This document shows positions 52,513 through 64,000 of a stretch of 64,000 nucleotides of DNA, one piece after another. The notes beneath the pieces were generated by a model. The model was not told where the DNA came from, searched no databases, and was given only the letters and a program-made list of their open reading frames with translations. The stretch lies in the NCBI GenBank assembly GCA_044892525.1, contig CM097885.1, positions 8,744,001 to 8,808,000 of the forward strand. The letters run 5' to 3'. Position 1 is the first letter of the stretch, and each line of letters begins with the position of its first letter. This DNA is from Schmidtea polychroa (taxonomy: Eukaryota). The translations under genes and the position numbers were made by a program.

Positions 52513-53604
52513 ATGAAGAGCAATAAATTTAAATTCGATAACAATCAGCCAATCAGATGTCCATTTAATAAAATTGGATGCGAAATGAATGAAGTGGTGA
52601 ATAACGAAATGAAAGTCCATCTCAATGAGAACATTGAAAGCCATAGCAAATTATTGATTGATCAGATCAGTAATTTATGCAATGAGATGCAATCAATGAG
52701 AGATGAGAATATGCATTTGCCTAACGAAGTTATTGAATTGAAAGGAGAAATCACGCAATTCAAACAACAATTTAATAATATCAATGTAAAATTTTATTTG
52801 TAATTAATTTTATTTGTATTTGTAATTGGAGATGAAATTGTGCAATATTGAAAGGGAAGAAGTGCACAACAGAGGGGAATTCGATAAATTGAATGAGGAA
52901 ATGGTGGCAGTGAAGAATGACAATCACTCATTGAGAATGAAGATGGAGACAAATATTGGATCAACCAATCAAGTTTGATTATTTATTTGATTTGTTATTG
53001 ATTTGTTATTGATGCGAAGCAGATCAGACAGCAAGTTGGTGAGACGAAAAAGAAATGCGAGCAGCGTCTGCAACAGGAAAATGAAAAGGTTAATTATTGA
53101 ATTATTATTGAAATATTTGAATTTTCGATTCAGTTGCAGCTTGAAATGACGAAATGCACAAATGAAAAAAATATAAATTATGGATTTTTTGAATGGAACA
53201 TCGATAAATTATCACAACAAAAGAGAAGTCAATATATTTACAGCGAGTCATTTTATTCAGGGCTAGTTGGTTACAAAATGTGCTTGAGGATGATGATTAG
53301 GGTTTCTAAGGGTCATGGGGATGCAATTTGGGTTGGTTTCTGTTTGATGCGTGGGGAAAATGATAAGCAGTTGGATTGGCCGTTCAAACAATCTGTGACA
53401 ATCGATGTGATCGATCCAGCAAATGGCAACATTTATAAGAGTCAGTCGACAAATTATTCAGATCGCCCTCGTGATGCCGGATGGAAGAAACCGTCAAAGG
53501 ACAGAAATGATTCAATTGGCATTTATCATTGTGATGTCTCAATCTATGAATTTGCAGCCAAAAATAATAAATTGCTGCTCAGATGCAGAATTGAAAAATT
53601 ATGA
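52513..53604 (+). CDS. TRAF-like protein, copy 3
   Basis: Same exon structure and translation. Confidence 0.88.
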
Positions 53605-54894
53605 GAAATTTAAAAAAGCATTTCAATAAAAATTGATTTATTTTGGCTTTTCATCAGTTTTATTATTTTGGAAATATTTGCTAAAAAAACATTTTTAAAA
53701 AATCAGTTTATTGATGCATTTGGCCAATTATAAACTAATTGCAACATTAGTATGCTGTGGATCAGTTGTAACCATATTCAATGTTGATTGGATGGTTTCG
53801 GGTTCGGGTTCGGTTTCAGTCTCTGGAAAATATAATTATTGAAAAAATTCTTTAGTAAAATTCAATATCATTATAAAGTCATCATCAAAATTAAGAGAAA
53901 TATCCAATCACTTGATTATTGTAAAAACTGTAGACGGTTGGATGTTTAAATGGGTCAAAATATTTGGTGAGGGACTGGTGGAATCTTTTGAATATTTAAA
54001 TGGGTGAAGTTTTATTGGAAATGTTTTATGATGAAATTACAATAGGGGAAATAGTGAATCAATAATAGTTCCTGTGTTGGTGTAACAGTTATTTTCATAA
54101 CACAAAATCTATTTCATCAAGGTGGTGCACATCGAACACTTGATTGATTTTCTTGCACGTCAAGCTTACCCTAATAACCGTAATTTTCTTATCAAAGCAT
54201 TTCAAGTTGCTACGAAAATACCGCATGGATATATATTTCTCGATTTCACACAACAATGTCCTGATGATATACGGATAAAAACAGATATTTTCAACCCAAA
54301 AGGTGCCATGGTTTATAAACAAAGTTCAAAACAAATTTGAAAACATATAAATCATGTTTTCAAAAACAAGGATATCAGGTTAAAAACAACTAAAAGTTCC
54401 ACCAACAACTAGTTATACTCCATCTAAAGAACTTATTACAGAAAATATTTCTGCAATGAATCTTATTTCGAAAAATCCTAAACCTCTAACCTAAAAGTAA
54501 AACAAGTAAGAAAGTAAAAGTTGTTAAAAATCATCGGAGTTTCCCGTTTTTTAATACATTGTTAAAGGCACCAAGTATGAAAAGAAACAGTATTTTGCAA
54601 TCATTTCCAAATTATATTGTCGATATTATACTTAAAGTAGTCAAAGGCAAGATTAAAATCAGTAAATCTAAAAAGCAATTACTGAGTAAAGAAAACCTTT
54701 GTTATCATTAGTAAATAATAAAAATCGTCAACAAATGAGAAAAATTATATATAAACAACAAGGGAAATTTATCGGTGCATTGATACCTTTAGCAATATCA
54801 TTATTAGGTGGAATAATAGGAAGTCGATCATAAACAATGAGTGCTAATCCTTCATTACCCGACATTAAATTTAATATTAAATCTTCTTGTTGTA

Positions 54895-55286
54895 ATGGAT
54901 AAGATTTGGACGAACCCCGAAGACGAAGCCGGTTTTGGTGGAGTCGCAAAAATAAAGAAAAGAGTTCCGAATTCGAAAAAGGAAACCCAGAAGTTTGAAC
55001 AGTTTGTACAGTTTGAACAAACCAATGCAGAAACGATTTCCAACAAGAGCATATAAAACATGGAATAAATGATTTATGGCAAATGGATTTGATGGAGATG
55101 ATACCCTATTCGAAAATTAACATTCGGTATAAATATATTTTAACATGTATTGACGTATTCAGTTGGTTTGCTCGAGCAATACCAGTCAAGGTCAAAATCT
55201 GCAGATGAAATGTCAAAAGCTGTTAATAATTTATTTAAAAAGGACATCCTAATAACTTGCAAACGGATTTAGGTAATATTATTAAA

Positions 55287-55360
<74 letters not shown>

Positions 55361-55367
55361 GATTATG

Positions 55368-55411
<44 letters not shown>

Positions 55412-56039
55412 AGGTAAAGAATTCTACAACAGTAAAGTCAAGCAAATCCTCAATAAATTGAATATAAACCATTACTCGGTACATTATCAATACAAAGCTG
55501 CTCATGTTGAAAGATTTAAATGAACATTGAGAGATAGATTAAAGAAATTCTTTGTACATCAAGGTAATAAAAAATGGATATTGGTTTTACCAAAAATAAT
55601 AACCAGTTATAATCATTCATCACATCGAGGACTGAATAGATTAATGCCGATTGATATCACTTCAAAAACATTCTATTCTACAAAACCTGTAAAAATTACA
55701 AAACCTAAATATAAAGTAGGTGACCATGTTAGAATTAGTAAAATTAGTGCATCACCATTTATTAAACATTTCGATACAAATTAGAATGATGAAGTCTTTG
55801 TAATTTCAAAAGTAAATACTAGCCAGAGTCCTGTAATGATTGTCATCAAAGACAATGATAATAATATTGTACAAGGAAAATTTTATGAGCAAGAATTACA
55901 AGTTATTCCTCCTCCAAAAGTATTTAGAATTCAAAAGATATTGAAAACTAAAAAGGTCGGCAAGGATAAACAATACTATGTCAAGTGGCATGGATATCAA
56001 AACCCATCATGGATATCAGAAAAGGACCTAGTAAAGTGA
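54895..56039 (+). pseudogene. Disrupted Polinton integrase, copy 3
   Basis: As copy 2. Confidence 0.88.
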
Positions 56040-56620
56040 ATTTTTATACTATTTTACCAAGCAATAGTTGCCCATTAATTCATCCAGATAATCAAGCCAG
56101 CAAATTCATGGTCAATCTCCAGAATCCGATTTCTTTAAATGGTGACTGGGAAGTTGCACTGCAAGATTTTACATTCGTGTACAACACATTCCTATTTTAT
56201 AGTCAATGTAAGATTTATTTCAAAAGATCTCATACTGCTTCCAGCTCAATTTTCAAAAACTTTGGTGTTACTTCATTGACTTTGTCTAAAATTACTGATT
56301 ATAGAGAAACATATACTCAAGATTTCGAAAGTGATAATTACTGTGCTACATATATGCAAAGTATTGTTAGAAATCTGGGTTATTTAGATAAAAACTTGAA
56401 TTGTGGAATAACTCTTGAAGAATTTAAAATCAAATACCCATTTTTCACATTTGTTTTAGCCCCCGAGTTTGATTTAAATCAGAGTCAACTACCACAAAAC
56501 GTCAATTTACGACTGGATATAAAGTTTGCAAAGGCCATTACAGAACTGGTACATGTTATTATATATGGAGTATTGGAAAATGAAGTTCAAATTACTGCAA
56601 ATAGAACCGTGCTAATATAA
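55985..56620 (+). CDS. Penton/major capsid chimera, copy 3
   Basis: As copy 2. Confidence 0.65.
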   Translation: MAWISKPIMDIRKGPSKVNFYTILPSNSCPLIHPDNQASKFMVNLQNPISLNGDWEVALQDFTFVYNTFLFYSQCKIYFKRSHTASSSIFKNFGVTSLTLSKITDYRETYTQDFESDNYCATYMQSIVRNLGYLDKNLNCGITLEEFKIKYPFFTFVLAPEFDLNQSQLPQNVNLRLDIKFAKAITELVHVIIYGVLENEVQITANRTVLI

Positions 56621-58654
56621 ATGTAAACAGAAATATAGAAATTTGTCATGGTACGTCTGTGTAATTCTTCACAGAAATTATTAACATTCTGTTCGAAACC
56701 AACTTTTCGAAAATCCACGAAAATAGATGATGACCTGATTTCGGTTTTATTGAGGAAGGATTGTATCTGTTTGAATAGACCTAGTTACATTGCTCAAACT
56801 GTACTAGATTTATCCAAACTCAGGATGTACCAGCAGCAGTATGAACAGTTGCAAAAATATCGCGACGAATTCAACTGCGAAATTAATATTGTTTCTGCGG
56901 ACAGAGATTCCTTCTTCTTGGCAATTAAACATTGTAGTCTTGACATTCTTTTACCTGCGATGATTAGATACTCAGAGTATATATAATAAAACCAACTAAC
57001 TTCATCAAATTTATCATTGAATCAGTCAAATTATCATAAATTTTGGTTTATTGGATGGATAAATTTAATCTTTCAATGCAACTACTCGGTAAAATTGTAC
57101 AGTAATATTTATTTCAAATTTCAAGTACAGTGATTTACATTTAGAACAAAAATTTAATTATAACTTGTTTTATCAATAGATTTATAAATTATTTAGGGCC
57201 AAATTTTTTTACATGTCTTTTAGGGAAATATTTGTGATATTTGGAATTAAAGTTAGAATTATAGTCATTTAAAATCCTTTAATCAATTTGCTGACTTTAA
57301 TAATTTTGTTCAATAAATGTCAATCGCAGGTATAATACAGAATGGCTGGTGGCAAACCGTCGTCAAAGGAGCCTAGCCAGGATTCGTCGTACACGCTGGA
57401 GGAAAACACCACTGCTAGCCCCCTACCAAATCAGTTTCAAGGTTGCGAACCGAGTGGATTTGGTATAAAATCCATGGAATGATGGTTATCACCAGATGCG
57501 AACCGACCTCGCTAGCGGGAAGATCTGTCTCGCCACTCCCAAGACGGAGGCTCTCCCAAATCCGGCCTTAGAGGCGAATGACGACAGTGCCGTCACCGCT
57601 ACCCAGGACGCAATCCCGAACAGCCTGTAAACAGATCAAAAAATTAGGTCAGGGGTCCTGGAAAATCCCAGTGGGAACACCCGGGTCTGATTAGACCCTA
57701 CACTGCTCGCCGAGCTGAATGCATGGCACGCCAGGTCAGAACGAGAGTCTAGAGCAGCACTCTCTGCCCAGGAGGCCAACCCCCGGAAAGTGGCCGACAC
57801 CGTAAATCAGTAACACTGGCAACGGCCAACGGGAATCTGGCGCAAATAACAATCCCCGAACATAAAATATTGTGATTCGTTAACTTTTAACTTTTGTGTT
57901 GACTTAGTTATTATTAAACTGTTTGTTTAATCTTTATTTAATTATAATTATCATGCATACGGAGAACATAAATAGCCAGCAAGGTGTTTTCGAAGTTTTA
58001 TTGATAATTTAAAAATTTTTTTTTAAATAACAAAATAAAGACATAGTATATAACAAAGAACTATTACAAAACAATTATAAATTACACGACAAAGACATAT
58101 TACGTAACAAAGACATGTTATGTACCAAAGACATGATATGTAACAAAGGAATATTACATAACAAAGTCATAAATTTAAACAAAGCCTTATTACATAAGAA
58201 AGACATTTTAACAAACACATAAATTAAAAAAAAACTGACTATTACATAACAAAGACATATGACTCATAAATATTACGTAACAAAAACATTTTAACAAAGA
58301 AACATGACTCATCATACTTTTTAAATATATTACGTTGCGTTATTTTAATTTTAAATATATTTTAAATACTTATTTTGACGCTAAAGTCGACAGAATAAAA
58401 TTATTGCATATACTTTGCACATACTTTGCAATATTATTATTATTATATATAGTCTGAGTTTATCCGACAAGATATTCTGTCCCCCTATGGGTACTGCTTA
58501 CAAAGGTACTGCTAAAAAATATTCAAGGCAAAACTTTAACATATTATTATTACACACACACACACATATAATGTATAAAAAATTGTTCACAAAGGTACTG
58601 CTAAAAATACTCAAGGCAATAAAATCAATACATTTATTAAATAATTTAACCACA

Positions 58655-59986
58655 TCATTGAAAATAATCATGTCCAAAATAATTATCATCTGCTGGATCA
58701 TGGAAATCATCTGGATCATCTGCTGAGACAGCTTCTGTTGAATCTATAAATATATCGGTGTCACCTCCCCTATAATGGCCATATGCCAAACTTTGAATTT
58801 TATCCACCCAATTTCGCTTATCATCTCTACATGTCAAGGCTCTTTTATTATTTTTAATACCAAAAAGTTGGTGATTTTTCGATGTTATTCTAAATTGAGG
58901 GACTGTGTATATTTTATCGTTTAAATAACAATCTAGATACGACTGATGTGTTAGTCCCTTAGCCTTCATACTTTCATCATCACCCATTAAACTGTAACAT
59001 TTAGGTCTCAAGAATACCCAATCTTCATATAATAAACCTTTATTCTCGTCTTTGAATTTACCAATGACAGAATCAAGGTTCCTACTATATAAAGGATGAT
59101 TTGGGTCAAAATTCGAAGTATCTAATAATTGATCTCTAATCATCGCAGGTAAAAGAATGTCAAGACTACAATGTTTAATTGCCAAGAAGAAGGAATCTCT
59201 GTCCGCAGAAACAATATTAATTTCGCAGTTGAATTCGTCGCGATATTTTTGCAACTGTTCATACTGCTGCTGGTACATCCTGAGTTTGGATAAATCTAGT
59301 ACAGTTTGAGCAATGTAACTAGGTCTATTCAAACAGATACAATATTTCCTCAATAAAACCGAAATCAGGTCATCATCTATTTTCGTGGATTTTCGAAAAG
59401 TTGGTTTCGAACAGAATGTTAATAATTTCTGTGAAGAATTACACAGACGTAAATTAATACGTTTTTTTAAGATTTTCAACTGTCTTGCCGTAAAAGACTG
59501 TTGTTTAATAATTTATAAAAATTTTTATCAAGTTTATTTCTCGGCGCTGCTCGTAACACCGTATTTGTGTTAATATAATTTTTGAAAATTTTATCTTGTT
59601 TAAATTTAATTGCTCTATGAGTTTTTGATATTTTAACACCTAATTTAATAAATATTTGCAGAAGCCTCCAATGAAGAACGTAGTTCATCTTGGGGCTGTG
59701 TGTAAGCAACATCTTCTCTATTTTCGAACCCGGTACACACATCTTTTCAGCGGCAACGGGAAGATCGTCCAGTTTGTCGTGAATTGACGTCGGTATTTCT
59801 AAATCCACGTCTATGGTATAACCATAATCAAGTAGATCTAAATCTACCGTTGTGCACTCAACAATTATATTATTTAATAAATTATCATCTGTAACCCATT
59901 AAAAGTCAGTGCAAGGTAATGGTTGACTTAAAGCCCAACCATATAAATTATTTATATCTATGTAAAGCAAAGCGGTATCCATCATG
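58655..59986 (-). pseudogene. pPolB pseudogene, copy 3
   Basis: As copy 1. Confidence 0.9.
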
Positions 59987-62900
59987 TTGTTGCACGATTT
60001 TTTTTTGTTGCAACTTTTTATTACGCAATTGTTCCACACTATAGTGAGGGGGTCTCGATGGTCCTGGGATTTTCAATACAAAAAATTTTTTTCAATACAA
60101 AAACGATGGTCCTGGGATTTTCAATACAAATAAAATTTTTTCTATACAAAAATCCGACTACCAATAAAAAAGCATGGAATTTTCAGACTATAGTGAGGGG
60201 GTCTCGATGGTCCTGGGATTTTCAATACAAATAAATTTTTTTCAATACAAAAATCGACTACCACTAAAAAAGCATGGAATTTTCACACTATAGTGCGGGG
60301 GTCTCGATGGTCCTGGGATTTTCAATACAAATAAAATTTTTTCTATACAAAAATCCGACTACCAATAAAAAAGCATGGAATTTTCAGACTATAGTGAGGG
60401 GGTCTCGATGGTCCTGGGATTTTCAATACAAATAAATTTTTTTCAATACAAAAATCCGACTACCACTAAAAAAGCATGGAATTTTCACACTATAGTGCGG
60501 GGGTCTCGATGGTCCTGGGATTTTCAATACAAAAATCCGACTACCACTAAAAAAGCATGGATTTTTCTAGGTCAATTCAGGTGGGTCTCCTTGGTCCTGG
60601 GATTTTCAATACAAAAAAAATTTTTCAATACAAAAAGCTGGTCTACACTAAAAAAGCATGGTAATTTAAGGTCTCAGGATTTTTTCAATACAAAAAGCTG
60701 GTCTACACTAAAAAAGCCAAGGATTTTTCAGACTATAGTGAGGTGAGTCTCCTTGGTCCTGAGAAAAAGGTGGTCTACACTAAAAAACGTGGTAAATTTT
60801 TTCAATTAAAGTAAATAATGGTCCTAAAAATTTAAATTACAGTAAATTATGGTCCAAATTTTTCAAATACAGTAAATTATGGTCCTAAAAAATTAGATTA
60901 CAGTAAATAATGGTCAAAAATTTAGAATTACAGTAAATTATGGTTCTAAAAATTAAATTACAGTAAATAATGGTTCTAAAAAATTAAATTACAGTAAATA
61001 ATCGTTCTAAAAATTAAATTACAGTAAATTATGGCTCAAATTTTTGAATTACAGTAAATTATGGGTCTAAAAAATTAAATTAAATTAAATAATGGTCCAA
61101 ATTTTTCAATTACAGTAAATTATGGTCCTAAAAAATTAAATTACAGTAAATTATGGTTCTAAAAATTAAATTACAGTAAATAATCGTTCTAAAAATTAAA
61201 TTACAGTAAATTATGGCTCAAATTTTTGAATTACAGTAAATTATGGGTCTAAAAAATTAAATTACAGTAAATAATGGTCCAGATTTTTCCATTACAGTAA
61301 ATTATGGTCCTAAAAAATTAAATTACAGTAAATTATGGCTCAAATTTTTCAATTAAAGTAAATTATGGTCAAAATTTTTGAATTACAGTAAATTTTGGGT
61401 CTAAAAATTAAATTAAAGTAAATTATGGTTCTAAAAATTAAATTAAAAGTAAATTATGGGTCTAAAAATTAAATCACAGTAAATTATGGTCCTATAAAAT
61501 TAAATTACAGTAAATTAAATTACAGTTAATTATGGTCCAAATTTTTGAATTACAGTAAATTATGGTCAATAATTATGAATTACAGTAAATTATGGCCAAA
61601 ATTTTTTAATTACAGTAAATTATGGTCCAAAAATTTAAATTAAAGTAAATTATGGTTCTAAAAATTGAATTAAAGTAAATAATGGTCCAAATTTTTAAAT
61701 TAAAGTAAATTTAAGTTCTTAAAACTTAAATTAAAGTAAATAATGGTCCAAATTTTTCAAATACAGTAAATTATGGGTCAAAAAATTAAATTACAGTAAA
61801 TTAAGGTTCTAAAAAATTAAAATAAAGTAAATTAAGGTCAAAATTTTTAAATTAAGTAATCAATGGTAAAAATTTAAATTAAAGTTAAATAAGTAAATTA
61901 AAGTAATAATTTTTAAATAAGTAAATTAAAGTAAATTAAAGTAATAATTTTTAAATAAGTAAATTAAAGTAATGTAATAAGTAAATTAAAGTAAGATTTT
62001 AAAATTTATTAACAAAAAGTTGAAGGTGTTTGAGAATTGAAATTTTTTAATGAAAATTTTTATGGAATAATTTTTTAAGTAATTTTTAATGGAAATTTTT
62101 ATGAAATAACTTTTTAAGTTAATTTTTAATGGAAATTTTTATGAAATATTTTTCAATGATAATTTTAGATTGAAATTTTTAAGATAATTTTTAATGAAAA
62201 TTTTTATGAAATATTTTTCAAAGACAAATTTTAATAATAATTCAACAACAAACCAACAACTTAGTACCAACAACCAGTAACGTACGAACATGTATTAACA
62301 ACCAGATACCTACAACTAGTTACTAACAACTAGATACCAAGTACCTACAACTACCTACCCATTAACTAGCAACCAAGTACTAACAACCAGGTCTCAAACA
62401 ACTAGATACTAACAAACAGTTACCAAGTACCTACAACCACCTAGCCATTAACTAGCTACAACCACCTACCCATTAACTAGCTACCAAGTACTAACAACCA
62501 GGCCTCAAATAACTAAATACTAACAACCAAAAACATGCAACCAACTTGCTACCAAGTACTAACAACCAACAACAACCAGGTACTAAGCATTAATTACCAA
62601 CTACTAAGTACCTACAACCTACAACTAGATACCAAGTACTATCAACCAAAAACAACCAACCAACTAGGTACTAGATACCAAGTACTCACAACCGACAACA
62701 ACCAAGTACTAAGCATTATTAACCAACTACTAAGTACCTACAACCTACAACTAGATACCAAGTACTATCAACCAAAAACAACCAACCAACTAGGTACTAG
62801 ATACCAAGTACTCACAACCGACAACAACCAAGTACTAAGCATTATTAACCAACTACTAAGTACCTACAACTAGATACTAACAACCAAAAACAACCAACCA

Positions 62901-64000
62901 ACTAGGTACTAGATACCAAGTACTAACAACCTACAACAACTAGGTACTAAGCATTATCAACCAAGTACCTAAAACCACCTAACAAGTACATACAACCAAC
63001 ATCAACCAAGTACTAAGCATTAATTACCACCTACCCATTAACTAGCTACCAAGTACTAACAACCAGGTCTCAAACAACTAAATACTAACAACCAGTTACC
63101 AACTACTAAGTAGCTACAACCAACTAGTTACCTGATACCAAGTACTTACAACTAAATACTAACAACCAGTTACCTGATACCTAGTACTTACAACCAACAA
63201 CAACCAAGTACTAAGCATTATCAACCAACTAAATACTAAACACTAACAACCAACCAACTAGGTACTAGATAGCAAGTACTTACAACCAACATCAACCAGA
63301 TACCTACAACTAGATACTAACAACCAGTTACCTGCTACCAAGTACTTACAACTAGATACCACGTACTAACTAACTCTCAACCCCACCTACCCATTAACTA
63401 GCTACTAAGTACTAACAACCAGCTAACAACTAGATACCAAGTACTTACAACCAACATCAACCAGGTACTAAGCATTATCAACCAACTAAATACTAAGTAC
63501 TAACAACCAACCAACTAGGTACTAGATACCAAGTACTTACAACCAACATCAACAAGGTACTAAGCATTATCAACCAACTACTAAGTACCTACAACCAACT
63601 AGCTACCACCTACCAAGTACTAACAACCAGTTACCTGATACCAAGTACTAACAACCTACAACAATTAGCTAACAACTAACTACCACCTACCAAGTACCTA
63701 CAACTAGATACTAACAACCAGTTACCCATTAACTAGCTACAACCAGCACTCAACTAGCTACCAACTACTAAGTACCTACAACCAACTAGCTACCACCTAC
63801 CAAGTACTAACAACCAGTTACCAACTACTAAGCATTAATATCCTACAACTAGTTACTAACAACTAGATACCAAGTACATACAACCAGACACTAAGCATTA
63901 TCAACCAAGTACTAACAACCAAGTAACTTGCCTAGTACTAAGCACTGTCAACTAGATACCAAACACTTACAACCAGATGACCACATGAAATTATTGGTTA

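Larger units (their letters stand above)
45280..64000 (+). repeat. ~19.7 kb tandem unit, copy 3 (runs off the window)
   Basis: Near-identical. The window ends at the position equivalent to ~24560 of copy 1. Confidence 0.97.

Overview
AT-rich eukaryotic (animal) genomic DNA with 45-67 nt GT-AG introns and abundant (AAT)n. These traits and a RING-less TRAF gene are consistent with a triclad flatworm, but the organism cannot be proven from sequence alone. Positions 1-4987 are a compact, internally deleted Polinton/Maverick (adintovirus-like) element bounded by inverted repeats. It carries a 5'-truncated protein-primed PolB on the + strand. On the - strand it carries a truncated packaging ATPase, a pX-like core protein, an intact DDE integrase interrupted by an (ATT)n-microsatellite intron, and a 3'-truncated penton. 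From about 5941 to the end lies a head-to-tail array of a ~19.7 kb unit (two full copies and most of a third; near-identical; junctions inside (AAT)n tracts). Each unit is a mosaic of: an IAP-type RING gene, a Polinton-terminus-like block dense in AP-1 and NR5A/ERR motifs, a minimal Penelope-type hammerhead ribozyme, a Gypsy fragment, an open 4-exon RING-less TRAF gene, a decayed inverted copy of the ATPase-pX-integrase cassette, an open penton/major-capsid chimera, a second-lineage pPolB pseudogene with a partial inverted duplicate, a recurring ~60 bp hairpin module, and ~4 kb of satellites. All protein calls rest on motif recognition by eye, without database searches.
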